Translations under genes and position numbers: made by a program | From: Octopus vulgaris | Lineage: Eukaryota | DNA length: 64,000 nt | Direction: 5' to 3' | NCBI GenBank assembly: GCA_951406725.2 | Contig: OX597827.1 | Span: forward strand, 76,694,001-76,758,000 | Part shown: positions 49,514-63,050 of the stretch, piece by piece | Layout of the letters: every line of letters begins with the position of its first letter | Position numbering within the stretch: the stretch's first letter is position 1 | The notes under the pieces: generated by a model | What the model saw: the letters and a program-made list of their open reading frames with translations, nothing else | Databases searched by the model: none | Told to the model about the DNA's origin: nothing

Positions 49514-50027
49514 GCTACTGCTGCTGCTGCTGCTATTACCATTAATATTGCTACTCCTAAAGGCAGTGGGCTGGCAGCATCGTGAGCATGCCGAACAAAA
49601 TGTATGGCAGCATTTCATCCGGTTTTGCGTTTCGAGTTCAAATGTCGCCGAGGTCAGCATTACTTTTTTTTCATCCTTCCAAGATCGATGAAATAAAGTA
49701 CCCGCTGATCACTGGGGGGGGGGGGATTTCGATGTAATCGATTAACCCGCTCCCCACCTCAGTACCGCGCCGAAATTTCAGACCTTGTACCTGCAGTGGA
49801 GAGAATTAAAGGCAGAGAACTGTCAGGATCGTTAGCGTGCCGGACGAAATGTTACTAAGCATTCCGTCCGTCTTCACTTTCTAAGTTCAAATTCCGCCGA
49901 GGTTGACTTTGCCGTTCATCCCTTTCGGGGACGATAAAATTAAGTACCAGTTGAGTACTAGGGTCGATGTAATCGAGTTAACCTCTTCCTCGAAATTGCT
50001 GGCCTTGTGCCAAAATTTGAAACCAAA
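49197..50027 (+). mobile_element. Old SINE A-like copies with a tandem duplication of the (ACT/GCT)n + SINE head unit
   Basis: The head aggcagtgggctg...gccgaggtcagca occurs at 49290 and 49561, each preceded by accattaatattgctact. Confidence 0.8.
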
Positions 50028-50160
50028 ATGACTTTTTGCAAACAGACGAAACCCTTTGTAACTTTCGTCCTGCGTTTTGTCTCTTTATGTTTTAGATGAT
50101 TTTTGTTAGCCCTTGTGGCCAATAAACGAATTATTATTATTATTATTATTATTATTATTT

Positions 50161-50324
50161 AGGCGCGGGAGTGGCTGTGTGGTAAGTAGCTTGCTAAACC
50201 AACCACATGGTTCCGGGTTCAGTCCCACTGCGTGGCATCTTGGGCAAGTGTCTTCTGCTATAGCCCCGGGCCGACCAATGCCTTGTGAGTGGATTTGGTA
50301 GACGGAAACTGAAAGAAGCCTGTC

Positions 50325-50393
<69 letters not shown>

Positions 50394-50596
50394 TGTGTTT
50401 GTCCCCCTAGCATTGCTTGACAACCGATGCTGGTGTGTTTACGTCCCCGTCACTTAGCGGTTCGGCAAAACAGACCAATAGAATAAGTACTGGGATTACA
50501 AAGAATAAGTCCCAGGGTTGATTTGCTCGACTAAAGGCGGTGCTCCAGCATGGCCGCAGTCAACTGACTGAAACAAGTAAAAGAGTAAAAGAGAGT
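50161..50596 (+). mobile_element. SINE family B, full length
   Basis: Head, AT/GT tract and agtaaaag tail. Confidence 0.9.
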
Positions 50597-50938
50597 ATCA
50601 AACAATGGTACGTGTGTGTGTGTGTATGCATATATGTAAGTGTAAGAATATATAGTATATATGTGTGTGTTTGTGCGTGTGTGTGTGTAAGTATATGTGT
50701 ATGTGTATGTAGGTATATATGTGTGTGCGTGTGTATATATAAATATATATGTGTATGTATGTGTGTATGTAGGTATATATATGTGTGTGTGTGTATGTGT
50801 GCATGTATATGTGTATGAGCATGTGTGTGCGTGTGTGTAATGATGGAAACAATGTCCTGTCTGCCATTCCTAAGAATTTCATAATTGTAAACTTTACATA
50901 TGATGCTTTCTGATATTTATTGAGAGGGAGAGAGAGAA

Positions 50939-50988
<50 letters not shown>

Positions 50989-51492
50989 ACTGACAGACAG
51001 ACTGACAGATAGACAGACAGACAGACTGACAGACAGGCTGACAGACAGACAGACAGGCTGACAGACAGACTGACGGATAGACAAACAGACTGACAGAGAG
51101 ACAGACTGACGGACAAATAGACAGACAGACAGAGAGACAGACAGATAGACAGACAGACAGACAGATAGACTGACTGACTGACAGACAGACTGACAGATAG
51201 ACAGACAGACTGACAGAGAGACAGACTGACAGATAGACAGACAGACAGACTGACAGATAGACAGACAGACAGACTGACAGATAGACAGACAGACTGACAG
51301 ACAGACAGACTGACAGACAGACATGTGTGGATTGTGTTGAGGGAGTGGGAGAAAGAGAGAGATGTTTACATTACTGAAGGAGAGAGAGGAGGGATATCCG
51401 TATTACTGAGAGAGAGAGAGGATATGGAGAGACAGATAAAAAGAGACAAGTGCACATTGCTGAGAGAGGGAGAGAGAGAGAGACGGAAAGAG

Positions 51493-51542
<50 letters not shown>

Positions 51543-51799
51543 CTTACATTTTCAAAAGATGGGAAATAGAAAGGGGGACATATTACTAAGAGAAAATGGG
51601 GAGTCGTGTCACCATAAGAAACTGGGTGAGAGAGAAATGCCTGTAATACTGGAAGACAGAAAAAGAGAAAAAGAGAGATAGAAAGATAACAATGAAACTG
51701 AAAAAAAAAGTGAACAGATGTAATTATTAAAACTTAATTGAAATTTGATAAAAACAATTTGTTTTAATTAAAAAAAAAAAAACGTTGCTGCACTGATTA

Positions 51800-51910
51800 T
51801 CTCCCTTAGACGCTCGTCTTGTCATACGAACCAAGTTTTTACCTGGCGGGGATGAAACGACATTGTTTTAATTAGATAATTCTTCACGTTCTTTCTGTGA
51901 GATGTCTGGT
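51800..51910 (-). pseudogene. Possible degenerate homeobox remnant (helices 2-3)
   Basis: DISQKEREELSN* | RQVKTWF | MTRRASK in three frames, spaced within a few nt of homeodomain positions 25-35, 43-49 and 50-56. Confidence 0.3.
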
Positions 51911-52151
51911 CATTTTTTTTCGCATGACGACTGACCATATAAGGGTTTAGTGAGTAGTTAAGAGCTTTTGTTGTGATTGCTAACAGAAAATAATTAAAGT
52001 CTGAAAAAATTTGACGGTAGGAGCAGACCAAAAAAAAATTACAAAAATTAGCAAAATTCTTATTAAACAATATAATTAAATTCTGTTAATTTTTATAATT
52101 TTTATTTTTTGTTCTTTTACTGAGATTTTATTCCCCATTGACCGTCTAAAG

Positions 52152-52630
52152 CAGTGGTTCCCAACAAGTGTCCGTATGATTGATCTTTAGGGATCAAAAT
52201 TTCTCTACAAGAAATCGCTTATATTTCTACAGGCGAGCTGGCAGACTCGTTAGCACTCCGGGCGAAATGCGTTGCCGTATTTCGTCTGCCGTTACGTTCT
52301 GAGTTCAAATTCCGCCGAGGTCGACCTTGCCTTTCATCCTTTCGGGGTCGATAAATTAAGTACCAGTTACGCCCTGGGGTCGATGTAATCGACATAATCC
52401 GTTTGTTTGTCCTTGTTTGTCCCCTCTGTGTTTAGCCCCTTGTGGGCAGTAGTGAAATATATATTTCTACAACACAAATTATTTTAACAATTCTTTTTGT
52501 ACAATTCCTAATAATATATACTTAAAAATATAATAGGGTTTTTTAAACATCAAATGGTAATGAGGGCCCGCCTGATTAAAACAGGGGTCAAATGGACCGA
52601 TAGGTAAAAAAAAATAGTTGAGAAATACTG
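52152..52630 (+). mobile_element. hAT-type MITE with nested SINE A (52232-52459)
   Basis: TIRs cagtggttcccaac / gttgagaaatactg; flanking direct repeat cgtctaaag; SINE TSD tatatttctaca. Confidence 0.85.
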
Positions 52631-52872
52631 CGTCTAAAGAAAAGTTCAATTCTCACATCTCTCGGCAATCAACTTCATCGCTTGTATGTATTTTAAACAT
52701 GATGTAAGCACAGGCACGGCTGTGTGGTTAAAAGGCTCGTTTTGTAAACATGTGGTTTCAGGTTCGGTCCCACTGCGCAGCACCTTGGGCAAGTGTCTTT
52801 ATTATAACCCCTGGGATGATTTCCTTGTGAGTGAATTTTGGTAGCAGGACACGTATAGATGCCCGTCGTATA

Positions 52873-52932
<60 letters not shown>

Positions 52933-53094
52933 ATGTGTATGTGTATGTGTGTGTGTGTGTGTGTGTGTAAAACCAACACCGGTTGCCAAGGGGACAAAGA
53001 CAAACATAAACTCGAAGGCGCTGATTACTGTAACAAACCTGCGAAACTTTTAAGTTGCTTGGGACACAATCAAACTTTTAAAAATAATAATGAT

Positions 53095-53493
53095 CTTTTC
53101 TACTAAAGACACAAGGCCTGAAATTTGTGGGGAGCGAGTAAGTCGATCACATCGATCCCTAGTACTTAACTGGTACTTAATTTATCGACCACGAAAGGAT
53201 GAAAGGCAAAGTGGACCTCGGCGGAATTTGAACTCAGAACACCAAGGCGGACGAAATGCCTATTTCTTTACTACCCACAAGGGGCTAAACATAGAGGGGA
53301 CAAACAAGAACAGACAAAGGGATTAAGTCGATTATATCGACCCCAGTGCGTAACTGGTACTTAATTTATCGACCCCGAAAGGATGAAAGGCAAAGTCGAC
53401 CTCGGCGGAATTTGAACTCAGAACGTAACGGCAGACGAAATATGGCTACGCATTTCGCCCGGCGTGCTAACGAGTCTGCCAGCTCGCCGCCTT
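53095..53493 (-). mobile_element. SINE family A dimer
   Basis: Two family A bodies on the reverse strand. Confidence 0.9.
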
Positions 53494-53511
53494 ACTACTA
53501 CCACCACCACC

Positions 53512-53615
<104 letters not shown>

Positions 53616-53940
53616 CGATGACGACGGCAACGACATAGATGGTGGGGTGGGGTATCACAAGGACAGACGACAATTTGTGTTGGGATTTGCATAAAGGATG
53701 GGGAGAAAGAAATGAAAAGACCGGGAAATGCAATAAAATCGTAAGTAGTCTATAAAAACAAAAACGTGATAACATGAATGATGCAGTCCGCCAGACACAG
53801 GAGCAACTCCAGCTAGAGTCAATTAAGGAAGCCCACAGATCCAGGATTACCCTGACCACTAAAGGTACCAGCCCCCTCCAATCTACGGACACATATTTAG
53901 AGTAGGGTCGTTTGTTCTGACCATTTTTTGCCACAGCCAC

Positions 53941-54165
53941 TCATCATCATCATCATCATCATCGTCGTCGTTTAACGTCCGCTTTCCATGCTAGCATGGG
54001 TTGGACGGTTCAACTGGGGTCTGGGAAGCCCGAAGGCTGCACCAGGCTCCAATCTGATCTGGCAGTGTTTCTACAGCTGGATGCTCTTCCTAACGCCAAC
54101 TACTCCGTGAGCATAGTGGGTGTTTTTTATGTGCCACCGACACAGGTGCCAGACGAGGCTGGCGA
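53941..54165 (-). mobile_element. SINE/RTE-related repeat 3' end with (ATG)n tail
   Basis: gttggcgttaggaagagcatccagctgtagaaac on the minus strand; further copies at ~62460-62700 and 63423-63620. Confidence 0.7.
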
Positions 54166-54169
54166 ATCT

Positions 54170-55150
54170 TTTTACAAATTCAGTGGGAGACAGCACTTTC
54201 CTGTCCTCCCTCAATTTCCTTTCCAAGTGGAACTTTCAAAAGTCGATGAGAGTTTGACCGTAGAGGCAGGTGTCTTTCCTCGATCCTTCCAGCCTTGTCC
54301 ACCACATACCTTCTTTCGCCATAGCCACTGGACAGAGGAACACCGCCTGCCAGGGGCGGACTGAGCCGTCGGTCAATCGGGCAATGCCCGAGGGCCCAGA
54401 GCTCTGAGGGGCCCGCACTCTACACGTTAACTCTACTGATATCAATTCTAAGAGGCCCGGTAAACAGTTATGCCCGAGGGCCCTTACTACTCCCTGACCG
54501 CCCTCGCCGCCTGCCCTACCTTGTGGATGGTAGGGCGATCCTTACGATGGTTTCGGTCGATAGTCGGATTCCTCCTCCACCAGAGTTATTCGACATCATT
54601 CCACAAGTGGGTGACACCCGGACACTGCACGAATGCATACAGAACGGATTTTCGCCCCTTGTGGGTAATAAAGAAACTGGATTGCATACAGAACGGTTTC
54701 GTTGCTCTGTGCGCATCTCGGACAGTCCCGTCTTGGACAGCACTTCCGTACCTGTACGGTTTTAGTCTTCAACTGGCAGCGCTCCTCAGCAGCACTGCCT
54801 GACCACGGATTCCTGGAAATTATCCATGGTCGTACGCAAAGTCCTCCGAAACTGACCAGCAAGTTCATCTTCGTCAATGCCGAGAGTTTCTCCGAGAACG
54901 TCGTCGCTCTTATCCACCACTAGATATCTGCAGTGACGCCATCTTGGAAATCTCCAGCACGCATGCACAGAGTTGGAGTCTTCTAGGAGGCCTGCCGGAA
55001 GTTCCCTCATGCGCATGTGCAGAAAACTAGCAGCAGCGAAATTCCCTCGTATCGTTCTCTTGAACGCCAGCAGCTGAACAGAACAGTCGTGTTTTAGCAG
55101 CTCTCTCAAGCTGCTACCTCGTGGTGTATCTCCGTTATGCTTGAACGGAC
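54170..55150 (-). mobile_element. L1/Tx1-clade LINE ORF2 3' end and 3' UTR
   Basis: DDVLGETLGIDEDELAGQFRRT...MDNFQES, followed by the Cys motif DCPRCAQSNETVLYA (C-x2-C...ETxxH type), frame-shifted. Confidence 0.65.
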
Positions 55151-55363
55151 AGGATTTGGCTCACTCCACTTGACCACTGCGATAAGTTCCTAGGCTGCCG
55201 ATTCGCCCAGAAAGAAAAAAATGTATATATTGCGAATCAAGAAATAAAGTATTTATACTATTGAAATTAATCAGAAGTCTTGACTCTTTCCTTCGATTAA
55301 TATTTAACGTAAAGGATGCGAGCTGCACCCATCCAGTGTGGGGACCTTTCATCCTGTTACATA

Positions 55364-55598
55364 TCTGTTTCTTTATTGCCCACAAGGGGCTAAACATAGA
55401 GAGGACAAACAAGGACAGACAAACGGATTAAGTCGATTACATCGACCCCAGTGCGTAACTGGTATTTAATTTATCGACCCCGAAAGGATGAAAGGCAAAG
55501 TCGACCTCGGTGGAATTTGAACTCAGAACGTTAAGACAGGCGCAATACCGCTAAACATTTCGCCCGGTGTGCTAACGTTTCTGCCAGCTCGCCGCCTT
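55364..55598 (-). mobile_element. SINE family A monomer abutting the U6 3' end
   Basis: Reverse complement of family A; its 5' end lies 2 nt from the U6 T-run. Confidence 0.9.
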
Positions 55599-55600
55599 AT

Positions 55601-55708
55601 AAAAAATATGGAACGCTTCACGAATTTGCGTGTCATCCTTGCTCAGGAGCCATGCTAATCTTCTCTGCATCGTTCCAATTTTAGAATATGTACCGCCATA
55701 GCTAATAT
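55601..55708 (-). pseudogene. RNU6: U6 snRNA pseudogene, near full length
   Basis: Minus strand: ...CTAAAATTGGAACGATGCAGAGAAGATTAGCATGGCTCCTGAGCAAGGATGACACGCAAATTCGTGAAGCGTTCCATATTTTTT. The ACAGAGA box is mutated to GCAGAGA, the 5' stem is decayed, and there is no upstream TATA. Confidence 0.93.
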
Positions 55709-57105
55709 CCGTATATTGCTACCGTAGAACTCCCACCGATCGTTTTGCCCGACTGGTCGAGAACAATGAGCGCTTATGTGTGCGTACGGATGTATGTATA
55801 TAGTGGGTTGCCGGACAGTTTCCTTCCAAATCCGCTCGCAACACTTTGATCATCCCGCAACTATAATAGCAGACATTTTTCCGTAAGTAGTGGGAGTGAA
55901 CCCGGGACCAAGAGGTTGCTAAGCGAACTTCTTAACCAGACAGCCACGAGTACACCTATGCTCTCAATTTATATATAACAACTGGTAAATAATTGTAATC
56001 ATTGGTTACAGGTTTTCAGTGAGCCAATTACTGAGTCACTGTTTTCCCGATGTCGAGAGTCACTAGGGGAGTTTCTGTAACTCAGTGTAGAACAAATATC
56101 GCCAAGGACTTTGTTTGAAAACATCAGTTTTTCAGTTTTCTCGTACATACATACGTACATACATACATACATACATACATACATACATACATACATGCAT
56201 GCATGCATACATACATACATACATACATACATACATACATACACACACACACATACATACATACACACACACATACATACACACACACACATACATACAT
56301 ACATATATACATACAAAGATACCATACATACACACACACATACCATACATACATATATACATACATACATGCATATATATTCACACACTCACATACACAC
56401 ACACACATATATATGCACACACACACATATATATACACACACACATATATATACACACACACACCACAACGACAGAACCACCAGCACCACCCAAAACAAA
56501 CCTCATTTAGGTTATATGCTCTGCTAGAAATAACAGCCAAAATCACCTTAAAATCACTCCTACTGTCTTAGATACAATGTAGGGGAATAAAAGTTGGGAT
56601 GGTCACTGATGGAATCCCTTTGATCAAGACTAACCTGGGGCTAAATACCACCAGCATCAATTACAACACCAACCATTCACCACCTTCCACTCCCCCTACA
56701 TCATCCCACCCACCCACCTTTCCTCACACTTCACCCCTTTTTCTCATTGACAAGGAGTGAGAAAGTGTCACCATGACAACACTGTGACAACTGCTGTAGT
56801 AATGGGGGAAGTAAGAGTTGATGGGGGAGTGGATGAGGGTGGAATGCATTGTGGTGATGGTGGTGGTGGTGGTGGTTTTAGGGTTAGTGATGGTGTTGGT
56901 GGTCTTGATACTATTGTATAACTCCTGGTCAGACCTGAATGGAGAGACGCATGGCCAAAGGCTATGATTCGATGTAGCTTCTATTTCTAGCAGATCAACC
57001 GATGACAAAGCCTGTACCACTAATTTGGCTCTAACGATATTCACAGAAAATTCATCACTTAGACAAGAAAAGCAAACTCATCCGGTTTTCCCCTCATGTA
57101 ATTGT

Positions 57106-57350
57106 ACCAAATGACGGAGTGTGACAGCACTACGACACCGTCAGTTGACCAGATTTTGCTGTTTTGGACTCCACCAGATGACAGAGTGTGATAGTGGTGG
57201 GATATTGTCAGTTGACTGAGTTTTCTTGATGTGTGTGTAGCAAATGACGGAATTTGACAGTGGTGTTACACTGTCAGTTGACTGGCTTTCTCTGTTGTTA
57301 TGTGTGTGTTAGATGAAGAACAACTGCAAAATATGACAACACACTGTCAG
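57106..57350. repeat. 66-67-bp diverged tandem repeat (3 units plus a partial) with internal hairpin
   Basis: atgac(g/a)ga.t.tga(c/t)ag...gtcagttgac at 57111, 57178 and 57244; the third unit has tgacagtg/cactgtca. Confidence 0.75.
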
Positions 57351-57715
57351 ATTTGTCCAACCCATACCATCATTGTAAAATGGATGTAAAACAGTGATGA
57401 TGATGATGTTGATGCTGATGCTAATGATGATGATGATGATGATGATGATGACGATGATGAGTAATGTATCCAGAACAACATAGTCCAGTGTTGTTGTTCA
57501 ACCCTGTGTCAGCTCTGTGATCCAGCAGATCTGTGTTTGAAGACACTCCAGCCATGATCATCCCATCATTTACTCAAGCATAGTGCATCTACAACTACAT
57601 TATTCAATGTTAAAGTTGTTGTTGTTCAACACCAGGTCATCTCTGCTCCATTCGACCTATGATCAAAGGTATTTCCAGCCATGGCCATCCCATTTTTTAG
57701 ACATAGTGTATCTAG

Positions 57716-58112
57716 GGATTGCAAACTGGCAGAAACGTTAGCACGCCAGGTGAAATGCTTAGCAGTATTTCGTCTGCCGCTACGTTCTGAGTTCAAATTC
57801 CGCCAAGGTCAACTTTGCCTTTCATCCTTTTGGGGTCGATTAAATAAGTACCAGTTACGCACTGGGGTCGATATAATCGAATAATCTGTTTGTCTGTCCA
57901 TGTTTGTCCCCTCTGTGTTTATCCCCCTGTGGGTAGTAAAGAAATAGGTATTTCGTCTGTCATTACATTCTGAGTTCAAATTCCATTGAGGTCAACTTTG
58001 CTTTTCATCCTTTCAGGGTTGATAAATTAAGTACCAGTTGTGTACTGGGGTCAATCTAATTGACTGGCCCCCTCCCCAAACATTTGAGGCCTTGTATCTA
58101 GAGTAGCGAAGG
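57716..58112 (+). mobile_element. SINE family A dimer inserted in another repeat
   Basis: Family A bodies joined at aaatag|gtatttcgtc; flanks tatctagg / catctagg. Confidence 0.85.
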
Positions 58113-58499
58113 ATAATGCATCTAGGATTGCATTATTCATGTGTCCTTCCTCTCTTAAGATTATCAGATGATGATTTTAAGGGATATTTGGCAGCTATTT
58201 CTAGCACATCAAGTCATAATATTAAGAATTTTCTATTGGCTTCAGTTGCCATTGTTTGTTGTTGTTGTTGTTGTTGATGATGATGATCATGTTTAGCCCT
58301 AGGTTGCTAGTCCTGATAGAGCAGACTTATTATGATTGAAGGTACTCCAGTTATGACCTTCCCATTTTTTTTATATACTGACCAATGAACACATCCATCA
58401 TTTTTAAGACAATAGGGTGATTTGGCTGCTATTTATAGCTAATCAAACAGCCGCATGGAGCCTTCTTGTAATGGGGTGGGGGAAAGGAGCAGTGATGAG

Positions 58500-61335
58500 A
58501 ATTGTGTGCTCTGTGTTGGCGGTGGTGATGGTGATGGTGATGGTAGTGGATGGTGGTGGTTGTGGTGGTGGTGGTGGTGTCATTCTTTGTAGTTCTGGTA
58601 AGGATATTGAGAGGTACTGGTGGTGGTGGTGATGGCAGTGGTCTGTTGTGGCTGTGGCGGCAGTGGTGTTGATGTCGGCGGTGGTGGTGGTGGTAGTGGT
58701 GGTGGTGGTGGTGGTGGTGGTGGTGGTGGTGGTGGTGGTTGCTGGTAATGACATTGTATTAATGATAGCATAGGCAGTGTTTGTTGTTGGTGTGGTGATG
58801 GTAGTAGCGTGTGGCTACTGTTGTTGATGTTGTTATTGAGGGTGGTTGTAGTGGTGGTTGTGGTGGTGGTGGGGGTGGGGGTGATGTATCTGTGTCATAA
58901 GTGGTAGTAGTGAGGGTGGTGGTGGTGGCGATGGTTTAACATCGGTGGTGGTAGTGGTAAGAGTGGTGATGCTGTATTAATGATGGTGGTTGGGAGAGGT
59001 GGAGGCAGCGGTGGTGTTGATTGGCTTTAGTGATGCTGGTGGTGTTGGTGTTGGTGGTGGTGGTGTGGTTGGGTAGTGGTGGTGGTGGTGGTAGTGGTGG
59101 TGGTGGTGGTAGTGGTGGTGGTAGGTGTTTACTGCAAAAATATCAGTTGTGATGATGGTGTTAATTAGTTACAATATTGGTGGTGGCATTGCTGGTGGTG
59201 ATGGCGGTGGTGGTGATGGCGGTGGTGGTGGTTGTGGTGGTGGTGGTGGGTTGAGAGTGGGGCGGGGGGTGGTAGGAGCGGTGGTTGTTGTAGCGATGGT
59301 GGTGTTGGTGTTAAAGATGGTAATGATGTTGTTAGCTATAATGATGGTGGCATTAGTGATGGAGATGGTGATGATGGCAGTGGTGGTGGTGGTGGTGGTG
59401 GTGGTGGTGGTGGTGGTGGTGGTGGTTGTGGTGGATGGCAGTGGTGGTGGTGGTGGTGGTGGTGGTGGTGGTTGTGGTGGAGTTCCACATAATAATGGCA
59501 GCGGTGGTGATAGTGGTGGTGGTGGTTGTGGTGGGGTAGCAGTGTTGCATGGTGATGGTGGTAGCTATTGCAGTGATGGCTGTAATTGCAGTAGTGGTGG
59601 TGGTAATAGTGGTGGTGGTGGTGGTGGTTAGCTGCAGCTGTAATCTTTGTAGTAGTGGTGGTGATTTAAGGTTGTTATCTATAATGGAGGGTGGTGGTGG
59701 TGGCGGCGGTAGTGTTAACTGTAATTTTGATGGCAGTGATGATAGCATTGGTGATGGTGATGATAGAGGTGGCGCTGTTAGCTGTAACGATGATGATGAT
59801 GATGATGAGGATGATGAGGATGGTGGTAGTGGTGGTTGTGGTTGTGGTTGTGGTGGTGGTGTGGTGATGGCGACAGCGGTGGTAGTTGTGATACTGCTAG
59901 CTGCAATCTTGGTAATGATGATGATGATAATGGAGGTGGTGGTGGTGGTGGTGGTGATGATGATGATGATGATAATGATGATGATGATGATTATGATGTT
60001 GGTGGTGGTAATGGTGGTGGTGGTGGTGATGATGATGATGATGATTATGATGGTGGTGGTGGTGGCGGTGGTGGTGTTGATGATGATGATGATGATGATG
60101 ATTATGATGATTATGATGTTGGTGGTGGTAATGGTGGTGGTGGTGGTGATGATGATGATGATGATTATGATGGTGGTGGTAATGGTGGTGGTGATGATGA
60201 TGATATTGATGATGATGATGATTATGATGGTGGCGGTGGTGGTGTTAGCTGCAATTGTATCCTGATGCTGTGTCATGAGAGGAGAGCATTGATGATGGTA
60301 TTGGTAACCATGGAGACGGTGGTGTTATAGTTGTGCTGCTGATGGTAGAAATGGTATTTAACATGCAGGCAGCAGTAATGGTGACTGCACTCGAAATGGT
60401 TGCATCAATGGTTGTTGTCCTGCCTGTAACTGTTGCATTCAATGGTGGTGGTGGTGGTGGTGGTGGTGGTGGAGGTGGTGGTGGAGGTGCAACGGAGTGG
60501 AGAGAAGGAATAACCAGACTGCAGTTACTGGCAGCAGGGGAGGTAGCGGTGGTGGTGGTGGTGGTGGTGGTGCTGGTGGTGGTTGTGGTGGTGACGATGA
60601 TGAAGAATGCACTAGATGTAGGAACAGCTGTGGTGGTGGTGGTGGTGGTGGTGGTAGTAGTGGTGGTAGTGGTGGTAGTGGTGCTGGTGGTGGTGGTAGT
60701 GGTGGTGGTGGTGGTGGTGATGGTGATGATGAAGAATGCACTAGATGTAGGAACAGCTGTGGTAGTGGTGGTGGTGGCGGCGGTGGCGGCGGTGGCGGTG
60801 GTGGAGGTGGTGGTGGTATTGGTGGTGGTGGTGGTGGTGGTAGTGGTATTGGTAGTGGTATTGGTGGTGGTGGTGGTGGTGGTGGTAGTGGTATTGGTGG
60901 TGGTATTGGTGGTGGTGGTGGTGGTGATGGTGGTGATGATGATGATGATGAAGAATGCACTAGATGTAGGAACAGCTGTGGTGGTGGTGGTGGTGGTGGT
61001 GGTGGTGGTGGTGGGTGGTGGTGGTGCTGGTTGCAGGAGATGTTACGATAGTTATGGTGGTTGCAGTGGTTGTGGTGGTTGTGTTGGTGTTTATAGCGAT
61101 GGTAGTGTTTACGAGTGTATGGGTGGTAGTAGTCATAACTCTGGTGATTGTGGTATTAGTGGTAGTAGGATACACACAACACTGATGTTGTAGTAGTGGT
61201 TGTGGTGGAGGTGGTGGTGGTGATGGTGGTGGTGGTGGTACCGGTGGTAGTAGCAGTTTTGTTGATGGCGGTGGTGATAGTGGTTGTGGTGGTGATGATA
61301 ATCGTATAGGTGGTGGTGGTGGTGGTGGTGGTACA
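58500..61335. repeat. GGT/GAT-rich low-complexity block with higher-order repeats
   Basis: Read directly; gatgaagaatgcactagatgtaggaacagctgtggt occurs three times (60599, 60728, 60947). Confidence 0.95.
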
Positions 61336-61589
61336 TAGTTTCATGATTACAGTTAAATAGCGAAAATAAGGTGTATGTGGGTGTGTGCACACGTCATTAT
61401 GTGTATGTATATGCATAACAGTCTATACATATATATATGTATATGTGTGTCTCTGTGTGTGTGTGCATTTGAGTGTGTAGGTGTAGATGCAAGCATATAC
61501 GCATATATGTATCTCTATGTGTGTGTTATCTTGTATATACACACACATGCACATATATATATAGTATATATATACATATATATATTGTT

Positions 61590-61694
<105 letters not shown>

Positions 61695-61699
61695 CATAT

Positions 61700-61847
<148 letters not shown>

Positions 61848-61850
61848 GTG

Positions 61851-61924
<74 letters not shown>

Positions 61925-61959
61925 GTGTGTATATATATATATATTATATACATATATAT

Positions 61960-62190
<231 letters not shown>

Positions 62191-62794
62191 AGTGCGTCTG
62201 TAGAAGTGTGTATATGTGTGCATAGGTGTGTCTGTCTGAAGATCTATACATGTGCATATATGTATATGCATCTTACTCAGTCATTTATCTATACATGCTT
62301 CTGTGTGTGTGTGTGTGTGTGTGTTTGTGTGTGCCTATGTGTGTGTACGTGTGTGAGGTAATTGCTACATATGTGTGTGCATGCGTGAGAGTAAGCTGTT
62401 GTCTTGAGTGCAGGGCTGTGCATTTAAATGGATGCACAAACGCGATATATACACACACATCATCATCATCATCATCATCATCACCTTCATTATCATCATT
62501 GAAAGTCCGTTTTCCTATGCTGGTATGGGTTGGACGGTTTGCTCAGAGCTGGCAAACCGCAGAGCTGCACCAGGCTCCAATTTTCCTTCCTCTGCCATGC
62601 TTTTTATGGCTGAATACTCTTTCTGATGCCAACCATTTCAGAGAGTGTACTAGATGCTTTATACATGGCACCAGCACCAGTGCTTTATATGTGGCACCAC
62701 CGTTTAAGTTAAGTTAATTTTTGGGGCTCAAAAAGCAAAAAGCAAGGCCATGTAGGAGGACATGGAGTTATGTACAGGGAGGGTGTTCATGCAA

Positions 62795-63050
62795 AGAGTT
62801 CAGGCCATTTCTGGTCAAGAGAGACTTTGAGCCGAGTGGTCGTCGGCATCTTCACTATCTTGTCCGGCAGCTTATTCCACGGATCCGCAACCCGGACGGA
62901 GAAAGCCCCTCTCCTTCGATTGAGATGAAATCATCGCAGATAGAGCTTTTCGGAGTGACCTCACAGCCGATGCTCTGGGGCAGGAGTGAAGAACAGCTCT
63001 TTCAAGAAGTTACACTTTCCGCTTATGATGTTGTGAGCAACATCATAAGC
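62795..63050 (-). mobile_element. CR1-clade LINE 3' fragment
   Basis: HRL*GHSEKLYLR*FHLNRRRGAFSVRVADPWNKLPDKIVKMPTTTRLKVSLDQKW. Confidence 0.8.
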
